Shown here one piece after another: positions 30,803-40,944 of a stretch of DNA of 64,000 nucleotides (its first letter is position 1; each line of letters starts with the position of its first letter). The translations under genes and the position numbers were made by a program. The notes beneath the pieces are model-generated. The model did no database searches. It was not told the origin of the DNA and saw nothing but the letters and a program-made list of their open reading frames with translations. The stretch comes from an uncultured bacterium (GTDB taxonomy: Bacteria > Verrucomicrobiota > Kiritimatiellia > CAIKKV01 > CAIJXV01). Location of the stretch: positions 46,695-110,694 of the forward strand of contig CAIJXV010000006.1 of the NCBI GenBank assembly GCA_903824675.1. The letters run 5' to 3'.

Positions 30803-30932
30803 GATTCCACATTCTCAACCACGACCTATCAACTTGTCGCCGTCCATCTTTAGCTTCATCCAGTGGCGGTCCCCGGCCGTGAGAATGATGGGGGGGTACC
30901 GTGTCCAGATGGAGTTTTTTGTCCGGTGTCAT

Positions 30933-30963
30933 AAAAAAACAGCCGGGCTATAATGCCCGGCTG
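30933..30963 (-). terminator. Rho-independent terminator for the minus-strand gene ending at 31002
   Basis: Perfect 9-bp inverted repeat CAGCCGGGC / GCCCGGCTG with loop TATAAT, followed on the minus strand by T7 (A7 on the plus strand at 30933-30939). Confidence 0.55.
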
Positions 30964-31001
30964 TACTTTGCACTCTATGCTGTTTGTGCGCTGGAAAGCG
31001 A

Positions 31002-31454
31002 TTACTTATCGAAACGGTGTTTGCCTTTGCCGGAACCGCCGCCCTTGGAACCCATCCTCGCCAGTTTGTTTTCCAGTTGTGAAATAGTGGCGCCGTCGTT
31101 CAATTCTTTGCGAACTCGCTGCATTTCTTCGTCTGAGGCTGGCCGCCCGGTGAATTTTCGAAAAGTATCGTTGATGACGAGTCCGGCTTCCGGACTGAAG
31201 GCGATCATTTTTCGGACCATTTCCGTCGATGTTCCCTGCTCGAGAGCGTCGCCGTAAAGTTTATAGGCTTGTTCATCGGCCGGGTGATTCAGAATATCGC
31301 GATAGAGCTGATCGACCACCATCCGCGATCCAACCCGTTTTTTAAGGCCATCGCCGCCACCCCCGCCTGCTTGTGCCGGGGTGGACAACCCCATGACGGC
31401 CCATACCAAAACCAACGGAATTGCAAGACGAAACGCCTGCTTAAAAAGTTTCAT
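31002..31454 (-). CDS. Secreted small protein with DUF4214-like domain
   Basis: N-terminal signal peptide (LAIPLVLVWAVMGLSTPAQA). DQLYRDILNHPADEQAYKLYGDAL...MVRKMIAFSPE resembles the DUF4214 consensus. Gly-rich tails. Confidence 0.45.
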   Translation of the reverse strand: MKLFKQAFRLAIPLVLVWAVMGLSTPAQAGGGGGDGLKKRVGSRMVVDQLYRDILNHPADEQAYKLYGDALEQGTSTEMVRKMIAFSPEAGLVINDTFRKFTGRPASDEEMQRVRKELNDGATISQLENKLARMGSKGGGSGKGKHRFDK

Positions 31455-31861
31455 GAAATACCTCCTGTAGTAAGTTGGTTAAAAGCTATCATTTTCAAGG
31501 GATCGGGGCAATTTCATTTTTGCCCGCCGCACCCCCGCGTGGATTGTATAAGTTAAATGCCGCACAAGTTTTCCTGATCTCCGACAGTTTTCACTCGATG
31601 TCGGCCCGCCCTCGGTGGCGGGCGTCTGGTGATGGAGGGGATTGGATCAGCGGACGCCGGGCGCAGAGGTCCGGCCTACAACAACATGAGATCCCTCGCC
31701 TTCGCCTGCCCAGAGGATGTCGAAGGGCTCGGGATGACAATGGGTAGGACGAGATCTCCGAGCGAGCCGGATCTGAATATAAGAGGGCTCACAGCACGCA
31801 GTTATAAAGCGGCATTTCACATTGCAATTCTGTCCCGCCGCATCCCCGATCCTCGACAACT

Positions 31862-32167
31862 CTACCGTAATTCGTTGTCGCGAGGGGGATTTCGTTTGAA
31901 ACGGTTAATAAAGCTTCGAAGGGCTTCACGGGCGAGCCGTTTCCCCTCCGGTCCAGCCATCCAGAGACCGAGGCCGAGCATGGCCCACGACAGGGCATAA
32001 CCGCCGAATCCGACGGCTTCCCAGAGGACGCGATGGGTTTTGGCGAACAAGGCGGCCCCCACGCCGACGCTGGCATAGCCAAACGGAATGTTGATGATCA
32101 GGAGCAGGACCCCGACACGGAATCGGAGGGTTGCGGGTGGGGGTGATTCGGGAGAGGGGATTGTCAT
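31862..32167 (-). CDS. Small membrane protein, hypothetical
   Basis: 101 aa with two hydrophobic helices. Could be spurious. Confidence 0.3.
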   Translation of the reverse strand: MTIPSPESPPPATLRFRVGVLLLIINIPFGYASVGVGAALFAKTHRVLWEAVGFGGYALSWAMLGLGLWMAGPEGKRLAREALRSFINRFKRNPPRDNELR

Positions 32168-32187
32168 TTTTTGGGGAATGGGTCGAA

Positions 32188-33057
32188 TCAGGTGGATTGT
32201 GACCAGCGGGCGAAGAAACCGGAGGGAAGGGGAGAGGCTTCGGGATGGGCGGAGAGCAACATGGTTCCGTATTCCAGTTTCCCGCCGAACCGTTTGATCC
32301 AGGGCGCCATCAGGTTTTTCATGAGGACCGGTGAAAAGCCCAGCGTATGGCAGGTGAACAGGACGAAGCGGGGGGGGTCGGCCGCGAGACGGGGGAGCAG
32401 ATTGAGGAACGGGACGAGGTGTTCATCGAGGATCCATTTCTCACAATTAGGTCCGTTGCCATAGCTGGGCGGATCGAAAATCAGGCCTTCGTAAAAACGT
32501 TGCCGGCGGATTTCACGGGCGGCGAATTTTTGGGCATCATCCGTGATCCAGCGGATAGGCGCGGCTTCCAAGTGGCTGGCCCGGGAATTTTCCCGGGCCC
32601 ATTCATTGATGTCGGCGACGGCATCGACATGGCAGACGGTGGCACCCGCCTGGGCGGCATGAAGGGACATGGCGCCGGTATAGGCGAAAAGATGGAGAAT
32701 ACGGCAGGGAGCGGATTGGACACGAATTTGGGATTCCACCCAGTCCCAATGGCAGGCGTGTTCCGGGAAAAGCCCGACATGGCCGAAACCGGTGGGTTTG
32801 ATTCGGAATTGCAATCCCCGCCATTGGATCGACCAGGCGGCCGGGAGGGGCCGGTTCATTCGCCAGCGGCCGTTTCCATCGCGTTGGCGCTCGAAAACTC
32901 CATCGGCCCGTTCCCACAATTCCGGTTTTTCTTTTTTCCAGATGGCGGCGGCCGCAGGGCGGGCGAGGATGTAGGCCCCCCACCGTTCGAGGCGTTGCCC
33001 GTTGCCGGCATCAAGAAATTCATAATCGTCGGCGTTGGGCGCAGTCAATTCCATCAT
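32188..33057 (-). CDS. Class I SAM-dependent methyltransferase, RlmI/YccW-like
   Basis: LFAYTGAMSLHAAQAGA (SAM-binding motif I) and the FDPPSYG motif. 289 aa. Confidence 0.6.
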   Translation of the reverse strand: MMELTAPNADDYEFLDAGNGQRLERWGAYILARPAAAAIWKKEKPELWERADGVFERQRDGNGRWRMNRPLPAAWSIQWRGLQFRIKPTGFGHVGLFPEHACHWDWVESQIRVQSAPCRILHLFAYTGAMSLHAAQAGATVCHVDAVADINEWARENSRASHLEAAPIRWITDDAQKFAAREIRRQRFYEGLIFDPPSYGNGPNCEKWILDEHLVPFLNLLPRLAADPPRFVLFTCHTLGFSPVLMKNLMAPWIKRFGGKLEYGTMLLSAHPEASPLPSGFFARWSQST

Positions 33058-33075
33058 AAGCGGGTCCGATCAGGA

Positions 33076-34590
33076 TCAGGCAGTAATGCCGGTGATAACT
33101 TTGAACCGGGCGTAGGCGCGGTCCCAGGAAGGGATGTCACGGGGTTGATAATCCGTGATGGGGAAGGCTCGACGGATGATCGGCTGGGCTTCCGTCAGGG
33201 AGTGGATCAGGCCCAGCCCCAAGGCTTGGACCATGATGTTTCCGACCGCCGTTGCCTCTTCAGGCCCCGCGACGACCGGCAGACCGAGCGCGTTGGCGGT
33301 GAACTGGTTGAGGAGAATATTACGACTGCCGCCGCCCACGATATGGACTTTGCGCGTTGTTTTCCCGCACGCTTTGCAGATTTGCTCGTTGACCCGCCGA
33401 TAGGTGAGCGCCAGACTTTCGTAAACGGCACGCAGGTAAAGGCCGCGATCACTCGGTTGGGGTTGGCCGGTTCGATGGCAATACTCATCGATGGCGGTCT
33501 GCATGTTCGTGGGATTATAGAACGACGGGTCATCGGGATTGACGAAGATCTGGAAGGGCGGGGCCTCATGGGTCAGGGCATCCAATTCCTTCCACGACGT
33601 TTCCTGCCCATCGGCATTGCGCCAGACCCGGCGCAATTCCTGAACGAGCCAACCGCCCATGCAGTTTTTGAGAAGGCGAATGTTGCCGATGCCGCCTTCG
33701 TTGCTCAAGTTCATGGCCATCGCGGCGGGGGAGGTGACCGGTTCGGGGACCAGTTTGCCGACCAGCGACCACGTTCCGGAACTGATGATCAGGGCTTCGT
33801 CCGGGTTGTCCACCGGGGCGGCGGCATACGCACTGGCCGTGTCGTGCGACCCGACGGCAATCAGGCGTGCGGGATTGATGCCCGCTTCGGCGGCGATCGG
33901 GCCATGCAATTGTCCGATCAAGGTTCCGGGGGCGACAATTTCCGGCATGACCTCGGCGGGGATCCGGAGTTTTTTGAGGATCTCGGGGCTCCACGTCCGC
34001 AGGCGGGCATCCATTAACTGGGTGACGCTGGCCCAGGACGAATCGATTTTACACACCCCGCCTAGATAGAAGTTAAAGAGGGCGGGAATGGGTAAAAACC
34101 GGCTATCCTTGCGCAGAAGTTCCTTGCGGTTGAGTACGAACCAATGGAGCTGATTGCTGATATTGAAGGGCTGGAAATGGATTCCCGTCAACGAGTAAAT
34201 CTTTTTGGGACTGACCCGTTTTTTGATCACCTCGACCATGTGGTCCAGCCGATGATCCCGGTAGGCATAGACTTTGCCGAGTAAATCGCCATCGGCGGTG
34301 ACGAATTGTCCATCCGAACCCCAGGTATCGATTCCGATCGCATCCAATTCCGGCCCGACCTGACGCCGATAGGCATGCAGGCCGAGCAGGATATTTTGAT
34401 ACAGGAAGGTATCGTCCCAATAACGCCGTTCGATCAGGGTCCCGCTGCGATCCGGGAGATGGAAAGGGATATTTTCATGGGCGAAGCGGTGAACTTCGCG
34501 CATGGAAAAGGAGCCCTCTTCAAAAAGACCGGCAAAGCATTTTCCGCCGGATGCCCCGAAATCGATTGCCAAAACGCGCGTGGTGGCCAT
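33076..34590 (-). CDS. rhaB: Rhamnulokinase-like FGGY carbohydrate kinase
   Basis: Colinear matches to E. coli RhaB: AIDFGASGG, IHRF, GIDTWG, AYRD, GIHFQPFN, GSHDTASA, SSGTWSL, LKNCMGGWL and HIVGGG. 504 aa. Confidence 0.8.
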   Translation of the reverse strand: MATTRVLAIDFGASGGKCFAGLFEEGSFSMREVHRFAHENIPFHLPDRSGTLIERRYWDDTFLYQNILLGLHAYRRQVGPELDAIGIDTWGSDGQFVTADGDLLGKVYAYRDHRLDHMVEVIKKRVSPKKIYSLTGIHFQPFNISNQLHWFVLNRKELLRKDSRFLPIPALFNFYLGGVCKIDSSWASVTQLMDARLRTWSPEILKKLRIPAEVMPEIVAPGTLIGQLHGPIAAEAGINPARLIAVGSHDTASAYAAAPVDNPDEALIISSGTWSLVGKLVPEPVTSPAAMAMNLSNEGGIGNIRLLKNCMGGWLVQELRRVWRNADGQETSWKELDALTHEAPPFQIFVNPDDPSFYNPTNMQTAIDEYCHRTGQPQPSDRGLYLRAVYESLALTYRRVNEQICKACGKTTRKVHIVGGGSRNILLNQFTANALGLPVVAGPEEATAVGNIMVQALGLGLIHSLTEAQPIIRRAFPITDYQPRDIPSWDRAYARFKVITGITA

Positions 34591-34628
34591 GGACGAGCCT
34601 CCTGGTTCTGACTATTTAGAGACAACCC

Positions 34629-35282
34629 TTACTGGGCGGCCTGCATCATCTTGACGCGGTGCTTGGGGCCTTCCAAGGCCATCAGATCGCGAATGTTTTG
34701 TTCTGAAAGGAAGCGCGGCTTGCCGGTGATACAGGCGGCGACGAGGGAGATGGCGGCATCTTCAACCACCTGACAGCGATAGAAAGCCTGTTTCATGACC
34801 GCGCCGGTGGCCAGAACCCCGTGGTTGACCATGAAAATCGTATCGTGATCCTTGGCGCAGGCGGACATGGCATCGGCCAGATCCTGGGTGGTGGGGGTGA
34901 CATAGGGAACCGTGGCGGTGCGTCCGAGGTCGTTGACGAATTCCGCAAACATCGCCTTGAGTTCAACACCCGAACTGATGACGCCGGAGGCCCAGGCGGA
35001 ATGGGTGTGGAAGATGGCATTGACATCCGGCCGGACCCGGTAGATGTCCAGATGCATGTTGACTTCCGAGGTGGGCTTGTTTTTTCCTTGGACCTGCTGT
35101 CCCGAAGTCAGATCGATGCCGCAGAGATCCTCGGGAGACATTTCATCCATGGCGAAGCCGCTGGGCTTCATCCAGATGATGTTTTTGTCGCGAGCGCTGA
35201 TATTGCCCCCGGCTCCGGCGACGAGTCGGGCGCGGGCGATTTTGATGCCGTAATTGACGAGATCTTCGCGTACTGAGGCCAT
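34629..35282 (-). CDS. Class II aldolase/adducin-family protein (FucA/RhaD-like)
   Basis: 217 aa. The GNISAR, HTHS and HG motifs are typical of L-fuculose-phosphate aldolase-type enzymes. Confidence 0.8.
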   Translation of the reverse strand: MASVREDLVNYGIKIARARLVAGAGGNISARDKNIIWMKPSGFAMDEMSPEDLCGIDLTSGQQVQGKNKPTSEVNMHLDIYRVRPDVNAIFHTHSAWASGVISSGVELKAMFAEFVNDLGRTATVPYVTPTTQDLADAMSACAKDHDTIFMVNHGVLATGAVMKQAFYRCQVVEDAAISLVAACITGKPRFLSEQNIRDLMALEGPKHRVKMMQAAQ

Positions 35283-35306
35283 GATTTGACTCCTTGATTC
35301 AGTGGG

Positions 35307-36353
35307 TTAGGGCTTGATGACGACTTTCAGGGAACCCGAGGCGGGATTCGCCTGGACTTTGACCGCTTCGTCGAACTGGGCGAGCGGGAAGGTGTGGGTG
35401 ACGAGTTTGCGCCCGTCGATTTTGCCGTTGACCAGGAAGTCGCGGGCCGTGAGGTATTCGGCGAGGGCGGAGCTGTTGGCCCCGTGCAAATTGAGTTCCA
35501 AGTAGTGGATCAGGTTCAGGTCGGTCAGTTCCGTGGGATCCGATTTGGGCATTCCCGCGAAAATCGAGAGATGACCGGACCGTTTGAGGAGCTTGATTCC
35601 GACGGTGACCAGTTGCTTGACGGAAGCGGCTACGACGACGGCGTCGACCCCCCGGCCGCGCGTGGCGGATTTGACCCACTCGTCCGGCTTGTGCTCCCGG
35701 CTGCTAACGAAGTCATCAAACGGCAGGCCGATCTTTTGCAGGAGATTCAAGCGGTCGGTTGAAACGTCCATGATGGTGATCCGGCGGGCGCCCCGGGCGC
35801 GGGCCACGAGACCATTGAGGACCCCGATGATGCCGCCCCCGAAAATCAGGACGTGTTCCGCGGTTTCCATGGGAATGTATTTCATGCCATTCACACAGCA
35901 ACTTAACGGCTCAATGAGCGTTCCGAGTTCAGGCGATAAATCCTGGGGGATCGGGATCAGGCAGCCCTGGTCGACCGCCTTTTTGGGCATGATCATGTAT
36001 TCCGCGAATCCGCCGTTCCACTGGTATCCGATGGCCTTGAACCCCTTTTCGCAGAGGTTTTCGCGATGGAGGGCACACATCGGACATTCGCCGCATCCGA
36101 CCACCGTTTGAACGATGTAGCGCTCGCCGGGTTTAAATTGGGTGACGCCCGCGCCGACGGCGGTGACACAACCGGTGATCTCGTGGCCGACGATGGGCAC
36201 ATCGACATGCTTTTCGCCGGAGAGGACCCGTTGATCGGTTCCGCAGAGGGCGCACGCTTCGACTTTCAACAACACATCTCCCGGGCCGGGGGTGGGGATG
36301 GGCAGATCCTGGATGGCAATGACGCCGGGTTTGAGAATGACGGCTGCTTTCAT
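35307..36353 (-). CDS. Zinc-dependent medium-chain alcohol dehydrogenase
   Basis: GHEITGCV catalytic-Zn motif, CGECPMCA structural-Zn cysteines and a GxGxxG Rossmann motif. 348 aa. Confidence 0.85.
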   Translation of the reverse strand: MKAAVILKPGVIAIQDLPIPTPGPGDVLLKVEACALCGTDQRVLSGEKHVDVPIVGHEITGCVTAVGAGVTQFKPGERYIVQTVVGCGECPMCALHRENLCEKGFKAIGYQWNGGFAEYMIMPKKAVDQGCLIPIPQDLSPELGTLIEPLSCCVNGMKYIPMETAEHVLIFGGGIIGVLNGLVARARGARRITIMDVSTDRLNLLQKIGLPFDDFVSSREHKPDEWVKSATRGRGVDAVVVAASVKQLVTVGIKLLKRSGHLSIFAGMPKSDPTELTDLNLIHYLELNLHGANSSALAEYLTARDFLVNGKIDGRKLVTHTFPLAQFDEAVKVQANPASGSLKVVIKP

Positions 36354-36380
36354 GATGATCAGAGACTCCGGGTTTTGGGG

Positions 36381-37169
36381 TTAACGCATTTCCTGGCCAC
36401 CCGTTACATTGATGGCCTGGCCGGTCATGTAACTGGAGAGGTCCGAGGCGAGAAAGACCATCACATTGCAGACGTCCTCATAAGCGCAGGGACGCTTCAT
36501 CGGGACTTGGTCGATGTATTTTTGGCGGACGGCTGCTTCCGTGATGCCCTGGTTTTGGGCGTATTGCTTGAATAGGCTGTCTTTCCAAAGGGGGGAATCG
36601 AGAAGGTTGCCGGGACAGATGGCGTTGACGCGGATTTTCTTCTCCGCCATTTCGAGGGCCGCGCTCTGGACCAGGCCGATGGCGCCAAATTTCGAGGCGG
36701 CATAGGCCGAATTTTTGAAAGACCCTTTTTTGCCCGACTTGGAATTGATCTGGATGTAACTTCCCGCCCCTGCGGCGTCCATGACTTTCAGGGCGTGCTT
36801 CATGCACAGCATCTGGCCGACGAGATTGACCTCGATGACCTTGCGCCATTTCCCGACATCAAATTCAGTGAGAGGGCCGGAAATCAGGATGCCGGCATTG
36901 GCGATAAAAATGTCAATGCCGCCGAATGTTTTTTGGGCCTGATCCACCAAGGCCTTGACTTCAGGTTCCTGGGTGACATCACAGCGGGCCGTGAGCAAGG
37001 TCCGACCGGGATATCGGGATTTGAGTTCTGCGGCCGTTTCGCCGAGTTGGGTTTCCTGCATGTCGCCGGCGAGCACCTGGCAACCTTCCGCCAGCAGACG
37101 TTCGACCAAGGCCTTGCCCAATCCCTGGGCTGCACCGGTGATGACGGCTCGTTTCTCTTTTAAGAGCAT
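36381..37169 (-). CDS. Short-chain dehydrogenase/reductase (SDR)
   Basis: RAVITGAAQGLGKAL (TGxxxGxG) and the YAASKFG (YxxxK) motif. Likely start is MLLKEKR at 37169; the track extended it to 37241. Confidence 0.85.
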   Translation of the reverse strand: MLLKEKRAVITGAAQGLGKALVERLLAEGCQVLAGDMQETQLGETAAELKSRYPGRTLLTARCDVTQEPEVKALVDQAQKTFGGIDIFIANAGILISGPLTEFDVGKWRKVIEVNLVGQMLCMKHALKVMDAAGAGSYIQINSKSGKKGSFKNSAYAASKFGAIGLVQSAALEMAEKKIRVNAICPGNLLDSPLWKDSLFKQYAQNQGITEAAVRQKYIDQVPMKRPCAYEDVCNVMVFLASDLSSYMTGQAINVTGGQEMR

Positions 37170-37209
37170 ATGGTCGGGTCTCCTTTGCCGCCGCGTCGGG
37201 CGGATGAGT

Positions 37210-38568
37210 TCAGGGGGTCCACTGGGCTCTGCGCAGAGCATCCTGGATTTTGGTGAAAGCGCGATCGGGCCCGACTTCTCGCAATCGGGCGGCGTCGTTC
37301 TCGGTGAGGGGCGGGAGAGCGCCGATCATTGCAAAAAAACGATTGCGGGCCTTACGATTGGCGCCGAATTCCGCATCGGCTTGCGGGCCTATATAGGAAT
37401 AACCGGCGTAACGGAGAAGTATCGAATGGCCGACCATGATTTGGGCGCCACGGGTGAATATCTCGCGGTAGGGTTTAAGTTCCGGGCCGGAGAGATCATC
37501 GACAAAAGGCAACCCATCCCGATTCATTTCCGTGCCGATATTGACCGGAAGGGCGCGGGCTTCGCAGGCCTCGACATAGCGGGCCAGATGCGCGGTTTTG
37601 ACGGCTTTCTGAGCCGGGTCAGTGATATTCCAGTTGCGATCGGGGATGATATTGACGGCGGCGGCGCCTTGCGCCGTAAGGCAGTCGAGCATGGCGTTCG
37701 GAACGGCCTCTCCCGCGCAGGTTCCGTCGAGCCAGGTGATCATGGGGATGGCGGAACAGGCGCGGACCCAACGGATGAATTCGCTGGCGGGAGGGAATGT
37801 GTCGGGGGTCGGTTGAAGATACCCGAACCCGCCTTTCTTGGCGAATTTGGCGCGAACCCGTTCTTCGAGAGCGGGAAGCCGGTCGATCAGTTTTTCAATT
37901 TCTGTCGCATCGCGTCCCAGCAGGCGAGCCCAAACGGAAATCCGGGCGGTGCGGTCGGCATAACGAGTGGTGGCCTGATTCACGTAGGCGCGGATGATAT
38001 GTCGTTCGGTGGGACAGCGACCGGGGGAAAGGGGGACGACATCGCGGTCATAATCGATGGCGAGATCGGCGACGTGGGGATTGATGCGGGCGACCAATTC
38101 GCGGTTGCGTCGGGCGGCATGGTTTCGGTAGCTCAAGAGCGTCTTGGCTTCGGGCGAATCGGTTGGAAGCGAACGCGCAAACCCGGCCCCCATGATATAG
38201 GTGACTCCCGGCTCGCCCGGAGAATTGATTTCAGCCTGGGCGAATTCGGGGAGAAAAGCGCGGGTTTCGAGATGAACCGCGGTTCGCAGCCCGAGGCAAA
38301 GCCCGGCATCCAGAAACTCATCCAGCCCATCCAGCACATCGAAATCGCAAAGAGCGGTGGCATACAAGCCTTGGCGGCGGGATTCCCAGGCCAGATGGAC
38401 CGGGGAGAAGCCCCGCGCGTTATATGAGAAAAAGGAGTGCAGGTGCATGTTGACGTTGTTGCCGATGGCGGGCAACAACTCCGGCGCGGCGGCCAGTGCC
38501 CGCAGGGCCTGATTTCGTTGGACGAAATCAAAATCATCGAGCTGGGTTTCAAGAGCGGATAAATTCAT
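37210..38568 (-). CDS. PHP-domain metal-dependent phosphoesterase-like protein
   Basis: N-terminal NMHLHSFFSYNA...ALCDFDVLDG resembles the PHP HxH...DHD signature. 452 aa. Confidence 0.45.
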   Translation of the reverse strand: MNLSALETQLDDFDFVQRNQALRALAAAPELLPAIGNNVNMHLHSFFSYNARGFSPVHLAWESRRQGLYATALCDFDVLDGLDEFLDAGLCLGLRTAVHLETRAFLPEFAQAEINSPGEPGVTYIMGAGFARSLPTDSPEAKTLLSYRNHAARRNRELVARINPHVADLAIDYDRDVVPLSPGRCPTERHIIRAYVNQATTRYADRTARISVWARLLGRDATEIEKLIDRLPALEERVRAKFAKKGGFGYLQPTPDTFPPASEFIRWVRACSAIPMITWLDGTCAGEAVPNAMLDCLTAQGAAAVNIIPDRNWNITDPAQKAVKTAHLARYVEACEARALPVNIGTEMNRDGLPFVDDLSGPELKPYREIFTRGAQIMVGHSILLRYAGYSYIGPQADAEFGANRKARNRFFAMIGALPPLTENDAARLREVGPDRAFTKIQDALRRAQWTP

Positions 38569-38719
38569 GGTGCACCTGTCGGAAGGGAAGACCCTCGTAA
38601 TTTGAAGTAAAAAACTGCCCCCTGATGAGGGGAGAGCTTTGCCGGGGGAATCAAGTAATCGGGCGGGCGTGGCCGAAACGAACCGGCCAACGAACCCGCC
38701 CTCTATCCGTCACGCCGGA

Positions 38720-39136
38720 TTAATGCTTGGTGGATTTCGAACCCGACTTGGATTTGTATTTGCTGGAGGAACTCTTACTGCTGGTCGAGGATTTGGTTGC
38801 GCTTTTGGCGGCAGGAGCCGGGGCGACCTTGGCCTTGTTCAGAGCTTCGAGCTTGGACATATATTGGGCTTTCCAATCCATGGCCACTTTGCGCAGTTCT
38901 TCAGCAGCCTGAATTTTACGCTCAATATCAGCTTCCCGGGCCTGCATGTTGATCAGGGCCTGGTCATATTCCTGACGCAGCTGCTCAAAATTATGTTTGG
39001 CAACGGTTAATTCACCGCCGCGCCGGGTGGCCATGGTCGAAGCGATAATGGCCCAAGCCAGAGCTAAGACGAGCAGAATCCAGAGCGCAACGGTCATCGG
39101 ACTTTTAGTAGCAGCATATTCCTGTTCGCCGTTCAT
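38720..39136 (-). CDS. Membrane-anchored coiled-coil protein with Lys/Ser-rich C-terminal tail
   Basis: N-terminal TM helix (VALWILLVLALAWAII), a central coiled-coil, and a C-terminus of the form KSATKSSTSSKSSSSKYKSKSGSKSTKH. Confidence 0.4.
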   Translation of the reverse strand: MNGEQEYAATKSPMTVALWILLVLALAWAIIASTMATRRGGELTVAKHNFEQLRQEYDQALINMQAREADIERKIQAAEELRKVAMDWKAQYMSKLEALNKAKVAPAPAAKSATKSSTSSKSSSSKYKSKSGSKSTKH

Positions 39137-39250
39137 AGAAAAAACCCTTTCGTATTTGGTTAGGTGTGTTTAAACATAGGACGAAAAACATTGCACTGCA
39201 AGCACTAAAATGAACACAGAACACGGTCGTCGGGAGGGTGAATCCCAGGA

Positions 39251-40021
39251 CTAGGTGCGTTGGGTTTGATGGACAAACGCCCCGATCGTGCCCACCGTGT
39301 CAATCCAGATGCCATTGGCCGGGTCCCGGCAGTAAGCGCAAATGGCTTCCAGCGTGGAGGTCTTGGTCGTTTGGGCGCGATCTTCAGCGCCGATATCGTG
39401 CCCCGCCAACACCAGCCAGTTTCCGGTTTTTGCCGCCTGGTCGATCTGAGGACGGACGTGTTCAAAATCCAGTCCATCGAACTCTACGCCGGCCAGTTGA
39501 GCGAGATCGCAGCGATCGGGGGCGTTGAAGTATTCGTCCCGCCAGCCGCGACCGGTCAGATAATGGCGGGCGATCAGCGGCACATAGCTGTGAAGTTGTT
39601 TGCCCCGGCCGACAAACTTCTGCCCGCAGGGGTAGGCAAAACTCACCGGCCGGACGCCGACGAGTTCTTCAATTTGCCGGTTGGATTCGATGAGTTCCGC
39701 CTCCATCATCTCCAAGGTCATGTTCTCCAGCGACTGAGGCCGTGAAGAGGAGAATCCGAAGTTGCAGGTGCAGGGATGCGAGAGGGTGTGGCCGGCGGCT
39801 TCATGGCCCGTGGCTACGGCGCGTCGCCAGGCTTCGTGCTGTTGTTTGACCACCGCCGGCATGACGTAAAATGTGGCATGGACCCCAAACCGGTCGAAGA
39901 GCGGAACCCCCTGTTCGACCTGGCTTGGACGGGAATCATCAAAGGTCAGACTCAAGGCGCCGCGCACCCCCGATGGCCAGGCGAAAGCGGGATTTGCGAC
40001 GGGGGATACGGCAGGGGACAT
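39251..40021 (-). CDS. Polysaccharide deacetylase (CE4 / NodB-homology) family protein
   Basis: FDDS and FYVMP motifs and the HTLSHP His motif are typical of the NodB domain. 256 aa. Confidence 0.65.
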   Translation of the reverse strand: MSPAVSPVANPAFAWPSGVRGALSLTFDDSRPSQVEQGVPLFDRFGVHATFYVMPAVVKQQHEAWRRAVATGHEAAGHTLSHPCTCNFGFSSSRPQSLENMTLEMMEAELIESNRQIEELVGVRPVSFAYPCGQKFVGRGKQLHSYVPLIARHYLTGRGWRDEYFNAPDRCDLAQLAGVEFDGLDFEHVRPQIDQAAKTGNWLVLAGHDIGAEDRAQTTKTSTLEAICAYCRDPANGIWIDTVGTIGAFVHQTQRT

Positions 40022-40062
40022 AGTTGCCTCATTTCTTCATTCGTGACGGGTCGGTCGGGACT

Positions 40063-40920
40063 TCATTCCCCCGGGAAATAAAGGGCGAGTTTGCTTTTGA
40101 CATCGGCCTCGAAATGACGGATGTACTCCGTGACAAAATCAGCCACATTGCGGGTGTCGTTCGCGATCAGCGGCGTCAGATCCATGGCGAAAATCAATTC
40201 CTGAGCCTGATCGACCCCGTGGGCTTCAAAATAGGTGGCATTCGCGCGACGCCGACCCAACGTGGCCAGATCATAGCGCTTTCCGCCGGCGACTTGGGAG
40301 TCGAAAAGGGCGGTCAGGGCCATCCCCAGGTTTTCGTGGCCGGTCACATACAGGGCCGACTTCTCCTTGTCGTCCATCCAATCCAGGCCGCGCCAGACTT
40401 CGCATCCGAGCAGACGTTTGGGCCGGGCGGTCAGGGGCAGGGACCGAATGGCTTTGAGGGTGGCGGCAAAAATAGCCACATGGGTGGGATGTTTATCGGC
40501 TGGATTATGGGTGTAGATGGTTTCCGGCTGGGTGGCTTCCAGGATTTGGCGGAGATCATGGACGAGGTCGGTGTTGGCCGGATTTTTGGATTCCTTGCTG
40601 GAATAGTCGAGTTGGATCATGGCGGCATATCCGCCGACCGACGCGGCTGAACGTTGTTCGACATGGCGGACCCGGGTCATGTCGGCGTCGGAATACTCGG
40701 CATAGACTCCCGCGCGAGCGCTGCCGGCGCCGTCCGTGCAGGTGATGCCGGTGAACCATTGGTCCCGGCGTCCATGACAGGCGGCGACCCCTTGGAAGGC
40801 CATGATTTCGAGATCATCCTGATGGGCGCCGATCCCGAGGTGAGTGGTTCGGGCCAGGGCCGAAGCGAGATCGATGCCATCGGGGACGAAAAGATCAACG
40901 GTCGGTTTGTGTAATTTCAT
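40063..40920 (-). CDS. PIG-L / LmbE-family N-acetylglucosaminyl deacetylase
   Basis: GAHQDDLEI (the HxDDE motif), plus the THNPADKHPTH motif. 285 aa. Confidence 0.75.
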   Translation of the reverse strand: MKLHKPTVDLFVPDGIDLASALARTTHLGIGAHQDDLEIMAFQGVAACHGRRDQWFTGITCTDGAGSARAGVYAEYSDADMTRVRHVEQRSAASVGGYAAMIQLDYSSKESKNPANTDLVHDLRQILEATQPETIYTHNPADKHPTHVAIFAATLKAIRSLPLTARPKRLLGCEVWRGLDWMDDKEKSALYVTGHENLGMALTALFDSQVAGGKRYDLATLGRRRANATYFEAHGVDQAQELIFAMDLTPLIANDTRNVADFVTEYIRHFEADVKSKLALYFPGE

Positions 40921-40944
40921 GGTGGGTTCCTCCGGTTGGGGTTA

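Noticed and set aside
32347-34017. 556-aa plus-strand ORF (and similar long ORFs at 2119-2709, 2890-3597, 40936-41985, 42010-43329, 36955-38427)
   Set aside because: They lie antisense to well-supported genes (rhaB, hydrolase, ROK kinase, CsgG, PHP protein). They have Gly/Arg/Pro-rich low-complexity translations typical of high-GC antisense frames and no recognisable motifs.
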